DNA of 64,000 nt from an uncultured Lachnospiraceae bacterium (GCA_902475025.1 CABRXX010000001.1:32454-96453); one strand, 5' to 3'; numbered from the stretch's first letter, positions 36,107-46,581 are shown. Translations and numbers: made by a program. The notes: generated by a model not told the origin, from the sequence alone.

Positions 36107-37300
36107 TTAGAATACCTGATTCAGCTCTGTGATGCCGTCGATGTGGAATGCGAAGGCGGGAGCGGAAGCCAGCTCAGACTCCATAAAGTATCCGTCCGGG
36201 CTGATGTACTCTAAACCGTAGTAGGTCTCTGCCAGATCATCAGTGGCAGTGGTGGTGATGGTTTCGCCGTCTACGGTCCAGGTGGAAGTGTCGAATACAT
36301 GCAGGGAACCGTCATCAATAGCAGCCCATGCAGCGTCTACCGCTTCCTGAGTTCCTTCTGCGCAGGCAGAACCCAGTTCGGTGATCCATACAGCGCCGTC
36401 AGAATGGCCGTGGCACCAGTCAGTATCAATAGTCTCGCCGTTTAAGATGCACTGGGTTGCGTAGGTGTAGTAGGGGCCCCACTTAATAGAAGCGGAGGTA
36501 AGCGCATAGTTGGGAGCAGCGTCCAGCATGGAAACATTGTAACCTACGTTGTAAACCTGGTTGGCTTCACAGCCTGCTGCAGCGCCGGTGGTATCTGCGT
36601 GCTGGCTTACCAGAACACAGCCGTTGGCGATGAGTGCCTCAGCAGTCTCCTTCTCCAGAGCCTGATCAGCCCAGGAACCGGTATATTTTACTTCCATGGT
36701 CACATTGGGGCATACAGATCTTACCCCCAGGAAGAAAGCGGTATAACCGGAGATTACCTCTGCGTAGGAATAAGCGCCTACATAACCGATCTTTTCGGTA
36801 TTGTCCTCACCGTAAAGCTCTTTGAGCTTCATGCCTGCAACTACGCCGGAAACGTAGCGAGACTCATAGACAGAGGTGAAATAGTTGTGCATATTTTCCA
36901 GTCCGGAGGAAGCGGCCTGATAACCGGTTCCATGACAGAACTGAATGTCAGGATACTCAGAAGCAGCCTGAATCATGTAATCCTCAAAACCGAAGCTGTT
37001 GCCAAAGATGATCTGACAGCCCTGCTCCGCCAGGTCCACCACTGCGTCATAGCAGCTCTCATCTTCAGGGGTGTTGTACTTGCAGATGATTTGATCATCG
37101 GACAGACCAAGCGCTTCCTGCATCTCTTCCAAACCAATCATGTGAGCGTAGGTGTATCCCTCCTGCTCATCACCGATGAACACAAATCCTACCTTCAGAT
37201 CAGCCAGATCTACAGGCTCAGCAGCGCTTGCAGTGAAAGCAGCTCCCAGAGAAACTGCTGCTGCGGCAGCCAGTACGGCCAGTTTTTTCCATAACTTCAT
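36107..37300 (-). CDS. BMP-family (PnrA/Med-like) substrate-binding protein
   Basis: 397 aa. Signal peptide ...GAAFTASA/AEP with no lipobox Cys. BMP fold pattern (VGFVFIGD..., GYVGA..). Confidence 0.8.
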   Translation of the reverse strand: MKLWKKLAVLAAAAAVSLGAAFTASAAEPVDLADLKVGFVFIGDEQEGYTYAHMIGLEEMQEALGLSDDQIICKYNTPEDESCYDAVVDLAEQGCQIIFGNSFGFEDYMIQAASEYPDIQFCHGTGYQAASSGLENMHNYFTSVYESRYVSGVVAGMKLKELYGEDNTEKIGYVGAYSYAEVISGYTAFFLGVRSVCPNVTMEVKYTGSWADQALEKETAEALIANGCVLVSQHADTTGAAAGCEANQVYNVGYNVSMLDAAPNYALTSASIKWGPYYTYATQCILNGETIDTDWCHGHSDGAVWITELGSACAEGTQEAVDAAWAAIDDGSLHVFDTSTWTVDGETITTTATDDLAETYYGLEYISPDGYFMESELASAPAFAFHIDGITELNQVF

Positions 37301-37483
37301 ATTTTTTCTCCTCCTTTTGTAAATGAAACATGGGTGTATGGATACGAAAATAGCGGCCGACGGATCACTGAGAAGAAAAGCCTGCTCTGGAGAAGATCAT
37401 CAGCTTCAGGGGAGCAGTAGTTCTGAAGGGATATTTCAAGAAAGAAACAAATATAGAAAGTAATCCCCTATATCTCTTATACA

Positions 37484-37516
37484 TAGAAAAGACAGACATA
37501 CGAAAAGGTATATCTG
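37484..37516 (-). terminator. expression-platform terminator of the purine riboswitch
   Basis: Minus strand: CAGAUAUAC cuuuuc GUAUGUCUG followed by UCUUUUCU. Confidence 0.65.
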
Positions 37517-37541
37517 CCGTAAACGATCTGCTGCATAAAAA

Positions 37542-37606
37542 CCAATAGTCGCATTTGATCGGTATGCGGTAGAAACGTCTGAACCATCTTCTCAGACTTA
37601 TATCGG
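37542..37606 (-). promoter_or_regulatory. purine riboswitch aptamer, guanine-type (C at the specificity position)
   Basis: Minus strand: CCGAUAUAAGUCUGAGAAGAUGGUUCAGACGUUUCUACCGCAUACCGAUCAAAUGCGACUAUUGG. P1 is CCGAUA/UAUUGG, P2 is GUCUGAG/UUCAGAC, the J2-3 junction is GUUUCUAC, P3 is CGCAU/AUGCG, and the J3-1 junction is ACU. Confidence 0.8.
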
Positions 37607-37628
37607 CGTAGCAATTTTTCTTAGTTTT

Positions 37629-37657
37629 ATTTTAACAACAGGCCTGTTTATTGTCAA
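37629..37657 (-). promoter_or_regulatory. sigma-A-type promoter driving the riboswitch and nucleoside ABC operon
   Basis: Minus strand: TTGACA, 17 nt spacer, TAAAAT, about 25 nt upstream of the aptamer. Confidence 0.5.
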
Positions 37658-37706
37658 CCAAAACAGCTGGGAAATTGGCAACAGAATGAATTATGGGCAT
37701 GGGGAG

Positions 37707-37735
37707 TTGACTTTTTATATACCGAACGGTATAAT
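37707..37735 (+). promoter_or_regulatory. promoter of the TetR gene with embedded 16-bp palindrome (candidate TetR operator)
   Basis: TTGACT, 17 nt spacer, TATAAT. The perfect palindrome TATACCGAACGGTATA (37718-37733) overlaps the spacer and -10. Confidence 0.5.
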
Positions 37736-37769
37736 AAAACAAAAGTAAAATTGGGAGAAAGGAGCCTGA

Positions 37770-38345
37770 ATGGAAAACAGAGAAAGAATTTTACAGTGTG
37801 CGGAGGAACTGTTTTACGCCAGGGGTTACGATGCCGTGGGTGTCCAGGAGATCGCAGATCGAGCAGGGATCAGCAAGCCTACCCTGTACTACTATTTTGG
37901 CAGCAAGCGCGGGCTTCTTCAGGCCATTCTGGACGCAAAGTTTGAAAAAATGTACCGCTGTATTCAGATTCCCGAGGAAATATGGGATGTAAAAGAGCGG
38001 CTGCATCATCTGGCCAGCGCATACTATGGTTTTTTTCAGGAGGAAAAGAAGTTTCATATGCTTTTGATGGCTCTGTTCTATTCTGCCAGGGAGAACGAAG
38101 CCTATCAGACCGTGCATCCCTATCTCATAGACTTCTATCAGGCCACGGTGGCGGTGTTTGAGAACTGTTCAGATCAGCTGGGAAATATGAACGGCCGTCA
38201 GAATCAGTTTGCCATCAGCTTTATGGGAATGATCAATCAGTATCTGATGCAGGAAGCGGATCGGGAGACCGGTATCTTTGGGAAAAAGCAGGGAGAGACG
38301 ATCTTTGGCTTGGTGAATCAGTTTATGTATGGCATTTTTTCGTGA
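37770..38345 (+). CDS. TetR/AcrR family transcriptional regulator
   Basis: N-terminal HTH ILQCAEELFYARGYDAVGVQEIADRAGISKPTLYYYF. Confidence 0.9.
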   Translation: MENRERILQCAEELFYARGYDAVGVQEIADRAGISKPTLYYYFGSKRGLLQAILDAKFEKMYRCIQIPEEIWDVKERLHHLASAYYGFFQEEKKFHMLLMALFYSARENEAYQTVHPYLIDFYQATVAVFENCSDQLGNMNGRQNQFAISFMGMINQYLMQEADRETGIFGKKQGETIFGLVNQFMYGIFS

Positions 38346-38561
38346 GAGGGAAGAAGCCAAGACGCAGCATGGGCTGTACGGTGGAAGGTCAGGAGGGCCT
38401 TGCCGGGTTCCGGCGGTTTCGGATGGCAGATTTGGCCGTGATCACAGACTGCTATATCCGGATAATGGCGATAGTGAAAATGATAGCAATAGAATAGCAA
38501 CGGAAATAAGGATAAAAATAAGAACAGAATTAAGTAAAGAAGCAAAACAGGAGGTTTTACA

Positions 38562-39908
38562 ATGAGCAAGTGGTTTGAGCGGGCTGCCTTTTACCATATT
38601 TATCCGTTGGGCCTGTGCGGCGCTCCGGCGGTGAATCCCATGGGAGAGTCAGTACACCGGTTTTTGGAGCTGGAAAAGTGGCTGCCTCACATTGAGAAGC
38701 TGGGCTGCGGAGGAATCTATATCGGTCCCCTGTTTCAGTCAGGCACCCATGGGTATGACACCATAGATTATAAGCAGGTGGACGGCCGGCTGGGAGACAA
38801 TGAGGATTTCAGGCGTTTTGTGGATAAGGCTCACAGCCTTGGGCTCCGGGTTGTGGTGGACGGTGTGTTCAATCATACGGGAAAGGGCTTTTTTGCCTTT
38901 GAGGATATCCGGAGGAATCGGGAACATTCCGCCTACTGCAGCTGGTATAAGGGACTGAATTTCCAGGGAAGCTGCCACGGAGAAAGCTTTGGTTATGAGT
39001 CCTGGAGAAATTGCGGGGATCTGGCCAACTTAAACCTGCAGAACCAGGAAGTGAAGGATTATCTGTTTGAGGTGATCCGCTTCTGGATCCGGGAATTTGA
39101 TATTGACGGGATTCGTCTGGACTGTGCGGACTGCCTGGATTTTGATTTTATGAGACAGATGCGCCGTCTTACAGCCCAGGAGAAAGAGGACTTCTGGCTG
39201 ATGGGAGAGGTGATATATGGAGATTATAGCCGGTGGGCCAATGAAGAGATGCTTCATTCGGTCACCAATTATGAGCTGCATAAGGGGCTGTATTCCGGTC
39301 ACAATGATCATAATTATTTTGAGATCGCCCATACCATCCGCCGTCAGTTTGATGAGAACGGAGGAATTTACCGGGGGCGTATCCTGTATGGCTTTGCAGA
39401 TAATCACGATGTATCCAGGCTGGTGAATAAATTAAAGAACAAAGAACATCTGAAGCCGGTGTACGGGCTTTTGTATACACTGCCCGGGATCCCATCGGTG
39501 TACTATGGTTCAGAATGGGGGGTGGAGGGAGCCAAGGAGCAGGGAGATGCGGCTCTGCGGCCTTCTCTGTCTCTGGAGGAACTTCAAAAAAAACCTCCGG
39601 TGCCTGGCCTGGCAGAGTGGATCGCCTTTCTTGGGAATTGCCGGAAGGAGTATCCGGTGCTGGCGGAGGGCTGTTACCGGGAGCTGCTTTTGACAAACCG
39701 TCAGTATGCTTTTGCCAGAATGAACGAGTATCAGGCTGTGATCACTGCGGTGAATAATGACGAAGGGGAGGCAGAGCTTTGGATCCGACTACCCCGGGAG
39801 GGAAACCTTACAGATTTGGAGACAAGAGAAACCATTGAGCCGGAAAGCGGGCAGCTTCACATGACAGTTCCAGCCGGGGGCTGCCGCTTAATCGGAGTGA
39901 ATGTGTGA
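38562..39908 (+). CDS. GH13 alpha-amylase-family glycoside hydrolase
   Basis: DGVFNHTG, GIRLDCADCL, LMGEVIYGD and FADNHDVSR conserved regions I-IV. Confidence 0.85.
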   Translation: MSKWFERAAFYHIYPLGLCGAPAVNPMGESVHRFLELEKWLPHIEKLGCGGIYIGPLFQSGTHGYDTIDYKQVDGRLGDNEDFRRFVDKAHSLGLRVVVDGVFNHTGKGFFAFEDIRRNREHSAYCSWYKGLNFQGSCHGESFGYESWRNCGDLANLNLQNQEVKDYLFEVIRFWIREFDIDGIRLDCADCLDFDFMRQMRRLTAQEKEDFWLMGEVIYGDYSRWANEEMLHSVTNYELHKGLYSGHNDHNYFEIAHTIRRQFDENGGIYRGRILYGFADNHDVSRLVNKLKNKEHLKPVYGLLYTLPGIPSVYYGSEWGVEGAKEQGDAALRPSLSLEELQKKPPVPGLAEWIAFLGNCRKEYPVLAEGCYRELLLTNRQYAFARMNEYQAVITAVNNDEGEAELWIRLPREGNLTDLETRETIEPESGQLHMTVPAGGCRLIGVNV

Positions 39909-40033
39909 CAGGCGGAAACAGAAGGATTCAGACAAAATTTGAATGAAGAGATAAGCGGACTGCCGTCGGAATAGGGCAGCCTGCATTTGGCATTGGAAAA
40001 TCAAAGCAAGGGATTGATAAAGGAGTAAGAGGG

Positions 40034-42130
40034 ATGAAAGAGAATGAAAAAAAGGGAAGGGCAGTTTCCGGGAAAGAAGTCAAAGCTGCTGGGAGAGTAT
40101 CGGGAAAGAAGTCAAATTCTGCTGTAAGTGCAGGGGGAAAGAGTACAAAGAAAACCGGAAAATCAGAGGCTAGGGGAACCGGGGCTGCTGGAAAGGCAGC
40201 GGCAGGAGGAACAGTCAGTCAGATGGTGCCTCCGGATCCGGCCTTTGTGACAGAGCTGGATCAGTATCTGTTCGGGCAGGGAGTTCACTATGATATTTTT
40301 CGGAAGTTGGGAGCTCATCCGGCAAAGAAGAACGGGAAAAAAGGGATTTATTTTGCAGTCTGGGCGCCCAATGCCAGAGGGGTAAATGTGATTGGCAGCT
40401 TTAACGGGTGGTCAGAAATCAGTCATCCCATGGAACGCCTGGAACCGCTGGGGATTTATGAGCTGTTTGTGCCGGAGGCCCATCAGGGAGATATGTATAA
40501 ATTCCTGATTTTGGCGAAGGACGGAAGAAAGCTGTATAAGGCAGATCCTTTTGCCAATGCAGCGGAGATGCGGCCGGGAACGGCTTCGGTGGTGACGGAT
40601 ATTTCCAGAATCCGCTGGAGTGATTCTGCCTGGAGGAAGAAGCAGCAGCATTTTGCGCCGGATAAAAGCCCGGTTTCCATTTACGAGGTGCATCCGGGAA
40701 GCTGGAGGAAGCATCCCCATGAGGAGGGGGAGGATGGCTTTTATACCTATCGGGAGCTGGCGGAGAGCCTTACGAACTATGTGAAGGATATGGGTTATAC
40801 CCATGTGGAGCTTATGGGGATTGCGGAGCATCCCTTTGACGGTTCCTGGGGGTATCAGGTTACAGGGTACTATGCCCCTACCTCCCGGTATGGGAGCCCG
40901 GAGGACTTTGCCTACCTGGTAAATTATCTTCACAGAAATAACATCGGCGTGATTTTGGACTGGGTGCCCGCTCATTTTCCAAAAGATGCCCATGGATTGG
41001 CAGAATTTGACGGCACCTGCGTGTTTGAATATGCGGATCCCAGGAAGGGGGAGCATCCGGACTGGGGAACCAAGGTATTTGACTATGGGAAGAATGAGGT
41101 GAAAAACTTCCTCATCGGAAATGCTCTGTTTTGGGTGGAGCAGTACCATGTGGACGGCCTTCGGGTGGATGCGGTGGCTTCCATGCTGTATCTGGATTAC
41201 GGCCGTCAGGATGGCCAGTGGGTTCCTAACCAATACGGAGAAAATAAAAATCTGGAGGCCATTGAGTTTTTCAAGCATTTGAACAGCGTGGTTCAGGGAA
41301 AACATCCGGGAACCATGATCATTGCGGAGGAGTCCACCGCATGGCCCAAGGTGACAGACCGGCCGGAAAATGACGGACTGGGCTTTACGCTGAAATGGAA
41401 CATGGGCTGGATGCACGACTTCCTGGAATACATGAAGCTGGATCCTTATTTCAGGAAATACAACCATAACAAAATGACCTTTGCCATGACCTATGCCTAC
41501 TCGGAAAAATATGTGCTGGTACTGTCCCACGATGAGGTGGTGCATCTGAAATGTTCCATGATCAACAAGATGCCCGGGTTGTACGATGACAAATTTGCCA
41601 ACCTGAAAGCAGGCTATACCTTCATGATGGGGCATCCCGGCAAGAAGCTTCTGTTCATGGGACAGGAGTTCGCCCAGTTCCAGGAGTGGAGCGAGGCACG
41701 GGAGCTGGACTGGTTTTTGCTGGCAGAAAAGAATCACCAGCAGATGCAGGCCTTTGTCCGGGAGCTGCTGCATCTTTATAAGAGCACTCCGGCCCTGTAT
41801 GAGGCTGACTGCAGTCCGGAAGGCTTTGAATGGATCAATGCAGACGATGGAGACCGGAGTATCTTCAGTTTTATGCGCCATTCGGAAAGCGGCAGAAGCA
41901 ATCTGCTGTTTGTGATCAACTTTACACCAGTGGCCAGGCCGGATTACCGGGTGGGAGTTCATCGGAGAAAACAGTACAAGCTGGTGCTAAACAGCGATGA
42001 TGCTCAGTTTGGAGGCTCCGGAAAAGAGCGGCCGGACAGTTACAAGGCGGTGAAAAAGGAATGCGATGGAAAGACGTATTCCTTTGCCTACGATCTTCCG
42101 GCTTATGGAGTGGCGGTATTTAAGTTTTAA
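40034..42130 (+). CDS. glgB: 1,4-alpha-glucan branching enzyme with Lys/Gly/Ala-rich N-terminal extension
   Basis: 698 aa. The canonical GlgB core starts near LDQYLFGQGVHYDIFRKLGAHP. The upstream ATG has the RBS aaaggag; the internal ATG at 40223 is an alternative start. Confidence 0.9.
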   Translation: MKENEKKGRAVSGKEVKAAGRVSGKKSNSAVSAGGKSTKKTGKSEARGTGAAGKAAAGGTVSQMVPPDPAFVTELDQYLFGQGVHYDIFRKLGAHPAKKNGKKGIYFAVWAPNARGVNVIGSFNGWSEISHPMERLEPLGIYELFVPEAHQGDMYKFLILAKDGRKLYKADPFANAAEMRPGTASVVTDISRIRWSDSAWRKKQQHFAPDKSPVSIYEVHPGSWRKHPHEEGEDGFYTYRELAESLTNYVKDMGYTHVELMGIAEHPFDGSWGYQVTGYYAPTSRYGSPEDFAYLVNYLHRNNIGVILDWVPAHFPKDAHGLAEFDGTCVFEYADPRKGEHPDWGTKVFDYGKNEVKNFLIGNALFWVEQYHVDGLRVDAVASMLYLDYGRQDGQWVPNQYGENKNLEAIEFFKHLNSVVQGKHPGTMIIAEESTAWPKVTDRPENDGLGFTLKWNMGWMHDFLEYMKLDPYFRKYNHNKMTFAMTYAYSEKYVLVLSHDEVVHLKCSMINKMPGLYDDKFANLKAGYTFMMGHPGKKLLFMGQEFAQFQEWSEARELDWFLLAEKNHQQMQAFVRELLHLYKSTPALYEADCSPEGFEWINADDGDRSIFSFMRHSESGRSNLLFVINFTPVARPDYRVGVHRRKQYKLVLNSDDAQFGGSGKERPDSYKAVKKECDGKTYSFAYDLPAYGVAVFKF

Positions 42131-42195
42131 AGAATAAGAATCAAGAAAGCATATGGATTTTCCCTTTGGACAGAAGGGATGGGGATTTAAAAAGA

Positions 42196-42314
42196 GGGGG
42201 TGCTGCAAAATACGAATCCCGGCGGATTTTCGGTGTGTTTTTTTCCGAAAAGATGTTGTTTTCTGAGAAAAATCATCCGAAAGAGTACCGCCGGAAGTAT
42301 TTTGCAGCATCCCC
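42196..42314 (+). repeat. palindromic repeat family A, copy 2
   Basis: GGGGGTGCTGCAAAATACgaatcccggcggattttcggtgtg...GTATTTTGCAGCATCCCC, about 65 nt downstream of the glgB stop. Confidence 0.85.
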
Positions 42315-42655
42315 GCCAGAGTTATGTATTTGCTGCTTACCGCTGTATTTAAGAACAAGTAATTTTTTTTTTACCAATTCTTTTTCGGTTAGCATCCTTT
42401 CATGATAATTCCTTATATTTGCGAATTTGAATCGAAAGAGCCGAACCGTTTTTGCATATCAGCAATTTCAGCCATTTGGGTACGGATTTTCTTTGTATCC
42501 TCTGCGTCTAAGTTTTTCTTCCTTATTCCTGGAAATTGTGGTAAAATAGAGACCTAATATGGAGTTTTATGCGCGTTTGAGCAAAAAGGTGCGCAAACCG
42601 GGAGAACGGTATTTCTGTCTTCCGATTTTGAGATTTTTGTGAGATAGTAGGGAGA

Positions 42656-44713
42656 ATGGCTATGAATACAAAATTTAAGGCAAAGTACAGCGGCGATTTG
42701 AAGCTTCACTGGCAGTGGAGCGTGATCCTGGCTCTGACGCTGCTGATTTTGGACGGCGCCATGTTCTGGGTATCCAGGGAAGCAGGTTTTCTTGCACTGA
42801 TCTTTACGGTGCTCTATTTTTTGGGTGTGCTGTGGATGTATTTTCACTACAAGCCCAGAATTCTGCGGGAACTGGTGAATTTTGCCACCGGATACGGCCA
42901 GGTGCAGAAGGCCATCCTGGAGGAGTTTGAGATTCCGGCTGCCCTTTTGGAGCCGGACGGCAAGGTGCTCTGGATGAATAACCGGCTCTATGAGCTGACG
43001 GAGAAGCATAAAGGCTACCGGAAAAATATTTCCAGCCTGTTTCCGGAAATATCCAGGGAGATCCTCCCGGAGAATGGGTGGAGCAGAGAACTGCGGCTGG
43101 AGTATAAGGAGTATGATTTTCGGGCACAGGTGCAGAAGATTTCTCTGAATGACCTGGTGGATGATGCGGCTTTGGTGGAGCGCGAGGGGGATGAAGAATT
43201 TCTCTACATGGTCTATCTGTTTGATGAGACGAATCTGAACCGCTATATCCGGGAGAATAAAGAGCAGCGTCCGGTGGTGGGACTGTGCTACATTGACAAT
43301 TATGAAGAGGTGATGGATCGGGTGGATGAGGTTCATCAGTCTCTTCTGAATGTGTTGGTAGACCGGAAAATTAATAAATATTTTTCTGCCATGGAGGCTC
43401 TGATCAAAAAGCTGGAGAAGGATAAGTATCTGGTGATTTTAAATCAGAAAACTTTGAAAGCTCTGGAGGAGGACCGTTTCTCTATTCTGGAAGGGGTTAA
43501 GACCATCAATATCGGCAATGAGGTGGATATTACCGTCAGCATCGGCGTTGGGATGAACGGCAGCGGGTATCAGCAGAATTATGAATTTGCAAGAAGCGCC
43601 ATGGAGATGGCACTTGGCCGGGGCGGCGATCAGGCAGTGGTGAAGGATAATGATAAGGTGACCTTCTTTGGAGGCAAGTCCCAGAGGAGCGAGAAGAACA
43701 CAAGAGTAAAGGCCAGGGTGAAGTCCCAGGCCATGCGGGAGATCATCGGCACCAAGGATCGGGTGGTGGTGATGGGACACGCTATGACGGATATGGACTG
43801 CTTTGGTGCCTGCGTGGGAGTGTACCGGGCGGCAAAGGCGGCAGGCAAGCCGGCCCATATTGTGCTGGGTGAGATCAACAGCAGCATCCGGTTTTGGACG
43901 AATCAGTTTCAGGAGAGCCGGGAGTATGAGGAGGATCTGTTTGTTACCCATGATCAGGCCATGGAGCTGGTGGATAATAATACGGTGCTGGTGGTGGTGG
44001 ATACCAACAAACCCAGTATAACAGAGTGTAAAGAGCTGCTGGGTCTTACGAGAACGATTGTGGTGCTGGATCATCACCGTCAGACTACGGAGAAGATTGA
44101 GAATGCGGCCCTCTCTTACATTGAGCCTTCGGCTTCCTCCTCCTGTGAGATGATCGCTGAGATTCTCCAGTATTTTGAGGAGGGCGTGCGTCTGAAAAAT
44201 CTGGAGGCAGACTGTATGTATGCAGGCATTATCATTGACACCAACAACTTTGTGGCAAAAACCGGAGTGCGCACCTTTGAGGCCGCAGCTTATCTGCGGC
44301 GCTGCGGGGCAGATGTGACCAGAGTCCGCAAGGCCTTAAGGAACGATATGACCAGCTACAAGGCCAGAGCTCAGGCGGTGAGCAATGCCCAGAGCTTTCT
44401 TGAGAACTATGCCATTACCATTTGTCCGGCAGATCATCTGGAGAGTCCCAATGTGGTGGGAGCTCAGGCAGCCAATGAACTGCTGAATATTGTGGGGGTG
44501 AAGGCCTCCTTTGTGATCACAGAGTATGATAACCGGGTATTTATCAGTGCCAGGTCCATTGATGAGGTGAATGTGCAGATCATAATGGAGCGGCTGGGAG
44601 GCGGCGGCCATATGAACATTGCGGGAGCACAGCTGAAGGACGTTACAGTGCAGGAGGCTGTGGAAAAGCTGAAACAGGTATTGAAAGAAATGACAGAGGA
44701 AGGAGCTATCTAA
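42656..44713 (+). CDS. gdpP: cyclic-di-AMP phosphodiesterase GdpP (2 TM, PAS-like, degenerate GGDEF, DHH/DHHA1)
   Basis: 685 aa. DHH motif region [11 protein letters not shown]...VVDTN...LDHHR...GGGH, in the conserved gdpP-rplI-dnaB order. Confidence 0.9.
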   Translation: MAMNTKFKAKYSGDLKLHWQWSVILALTLLILDGAMFWVSREAGFLALIFTVLYFLGVLWMYFHYKPRILRELVNFATGYGQVQKAILEEFEIPAALLEPDGKVLWMNNRLYELTEKHKGYRKNISSLFPEISREILPENGWSRELRLEYKEYDFRAQVQKISLNDLVDDAALVEREGDEEFLYMVYLFDETNLNRYIRENKEQRPVVGLCYIDNYEEVMDRVDEVHQSLLNVLVDRKINKYFSAMEALIKKLEKDKYLVILNQKTLKALEEDRFSILEGVKTINIGNEVDITVSIGVGMNGSGYQQNYEFARSAMEMALGRGGDQAVVKDNDKVTFFGGKSQRSEKNTRVKARVKSQAMREIIGTKDRVVVMGHAMTDMDCFGACVGVYRAAKAAGKPAHIVLGEINSSIRFWTNQFQESREYEEDLFVTHDQAMELVDNNTVLVVVDTNKPSITECKELLGLTRTIVVLDHHRQTTEKIENAALSYIEPSASSSCEMIAEILQYFEEGVRLKNLEADCMYAGIIIDTNNFVAKTGVRTFEAAAYLRRCGADVTRVRKALRNDMTSYKARAQAVSNAQSFLENYAITICPADHLESPNVVGAQAANELLNIVGVKASFVITEYDNRVFISARSIDEVNVQIIMERLGGGGHMNIAGAQLKDVTVQEAVEKLKQVLKEMTEEGAI

Positions 44714-44714
44714 A

Positions 44715-45161
44715 ATGAAAGTGATTTTATTAGAGGATGTTAAGGCAGTAGGAAAAAAAGGAGAGATCGTGGAGGTCAGCGACGGATATGCAAGAAACGT
44801 GCTTCTGAAAAAGAAGCAGGGCGTGGAGGCTACCGGAAAGAACAGAAATGATTTAAAACTTCAGAAGGCCAATCAGGAGAAAGTGGCAGCGGAGAATCTG
44901 GCTGCAGCCCAGGAGCTGGGGAAAAAGCTGGAGGCAGCTTCGATTACATTAAAAGTAAAAGTGGGAGAGGGAGGCAGACTTTTTGGTTCCATTTCCAACA
45001 AAGAGGTGGCAGAGGCTGTGAAAGAGCAGCTAGGCTATGAGATTGATAAGAAGAAGATTCAGCTGAACAATCCCATCAGGAGTGTCGGCACCATGGAAGC
45101 GGCCATTAAGCTGCACACCAAGGTAACTGCTTTGCTGAAGGTGAATGTGGAGAGCTTATAA
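44715..45161 (+). CDS. rplI: 50S ribosomal protein L9
   Basis: [28 protein letters not shown]. Confidence 0.95.
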   Translation: MKVILLEDVKAVGKKGEIVEVSDGYARNVLLKKKQGVEATGKNRNDLKLQKANQEKVAAENLAAAQELGKKLEAASITLKVKVGEGGRLFGSISNKEVAEAVKEQLGYEIDKKKIQLNNPIRSVGTMEAAIKLHTKVTALLKVNVESL

Positions 45162-46490
45162 ATGGAAGAAACACTGATAAAAAGAGTGATGCCCCACAGC
45201 GCGGAGGCAGAGCAGTCAGTGATCGGAGCTATGATGATCGACCAGGAGGCCATCACGGTGGCTCAGGAGCTGCTTACGGCGGAGGACTTTTACCAGAAGC
45301 AGTACGGAGTGCTTTTTGACGCTATGACAGGGCTCTACAGTGAGGGAAAGCCGGTGGATTTGATCACCCTTCAGGAGCGGTTAAAGGAGATGGATGTGCC
45401 GCCGGAGATCAGCAGCCTGGAATTTATCCGGGATCTGATCACCGCAGTTCCCACCTCCGCCAATGTGCGCTATTACGCCCAGATCGTTCAGGACAAGGCG
45501 CTGCTTCGCCGTCTGATCAAGGTAAATGAGGAGATTGCCAACGCCTGCTATGCAGGGAAGGACAAGGTGGAGGACATTATGGAGGAGACGGAGAGGCAGA
45601 TCTTCCAAGTACTCCAGAAAAAAAGCACGGATGATTTTGTCCCCATCAAAGATGTGGTGTTGAAGGCTCTGGATAAGATCGAGATGGCCAGCCGGAATAA
45701 GGGCAGCGTCACTGGGCTTTCCACCGGATTTATTGATTTGGATTATAAGACTTCCGGGCTTCAGCCCTCGGATCTGATTCTGATTGCCGCCCGTCCCTCC
45801 ATGGGAAAAACGGCTTTTGTGCTGAATATTGCAGAGCATATGGCTTTTCGCAATGATATCACGGTGGCGATTTTCAGTTTGGAGATGTCCAAAGAACAGC
45901 TGGTGAACCGACTTTTCTCTCTGGAATCCAGAGTGGATGCCCAGCTTCTTAGAAACGGAAATTTAAGCGACACTGATTGGGCCAATCTCATTGAGGGAGC
46001 AGGCATCATCGGCCGTTCTCATATGATCATTGACGATACCCCTGGCATCTCGGTGGCGGAGCTGCGGAGCAAGTGCAGGAAATACAAGCTGGAGCACAAT
46101 CTGGGGATTATTATGATCGACTATCTGCAGCTGATGCAGGGAAGCAAAAAATCTGAGTCCAGACAGCAGGAGATCTCGGATATCTCCCGTTCCTTAAAAG
46201 AGATTGCCAGAGAGCTGCAGGTGCCTGTGGTAGCGTTATCCCAGCTCTCCCGTGCAGTGGAGCAGAGGCCGGATCACAGGCCCATGCTTTCCGACCTGCG
46301 TGAGTCGGGAGCCATTGAGCAGGATGCGGACGTGGTGATGTTCCTTTATCGCGACGATTACTATAATAAAGACACAGACCGGAAGGATGTGGCTGAAGTG
46401 ATCATTGCCAAGCAGAGAAACGGCCCCATCGGCACGGTAGAGCTGGCATGGCTGCCAAGATATACCAAATTTGCAAATATGCAGAAATAA
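45162..46490 (+). CDS. dnaB: replicative DNA helicase
   Basis: 442 aa. PHSAEAEQSVIGAM..., Walker A ARPSMGKTAF, ..ALSQLSR.. Confidence 0.95.
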   Translation: MEETLIKRVMPHSAEAEQSVIGAMMIDQEAITVAQELLTAEDFYQKQYGVLFDAMTGLYSEGKPVDLITLQERLKEMDVPPEISSLEFIRDLITAVPTSANVRYYAQIVQDKALLRRLIKVNEEIANACYAGKDKVEDIMEETERQIFQVLQKKSTDDFVPIKDVVLKALDKIEMASRNKGSVTGLSTGFIDLDYKTSGLQPSDLILIAARPSMGKTAFVLNIAEHMAFRNDITVAIFSLEMSKEQLVNRLFSLESRVDAQLLRNGNLSDTDWANLIEGAGIIGRSHMIIDDTPGISVAELRSKCRKYKLEHNLGIIMIDYLQLMQGSKKSESRQQEISDISRSLKEIARELQVPVVALSQLSRAVEQRPDHRPMLSDLRESGAIEQDADVVMFLYRDDYYNKDTDRKDVAEVIIAKQRNGPIGTVELAWLPRYTKFANMQK

Positions 46491-46496
46491 GGAGAC

Positions 46497-46543
46497 AAAA
46501 AGCAGGTGTTCAAACTTTAAGGAGTTTGTTCATCTGCTTTTTG
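46497..46543 (+). terminator. terminator after dnaB
   Basis: aaaaagcag...ctgcttttt outer stem with an inner caaact/agtttg stem, then a T-run. Confidence 0.65.
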
Positions 46544-46581
46544 GTAGGTTCGTTCCGCCCTGGGATTGAAGGAATATACAT

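Noticed and set aside
40412-41962. Very long antisense ORFs inside well-supported genes (516 aa opposite glgB; also 46866..47855, 16641..17417, 25571..26344, 42554..43336, 62334..63119, 27859..28557).
   Set aside because: The opposite strand encodes proteins with unmistakable family motifs in each case. The antisense translations are low-complexity, His/Arg/Leu-rich shadows typical of moderately GC-rich coding DNA.
42380-42540. Minus-strand open frame ...PQFPGIRKKNLDAEDTKKIRTQMAEIADMQKRFGSFDSNSQI* upstream of gdpP.
   Set aside because: It is protein-like, but it has no plausible start or RBS and is only about 45 codons after an upstream stop. It is possibly a C-terminal gene remnant and is not callable as a CDS.
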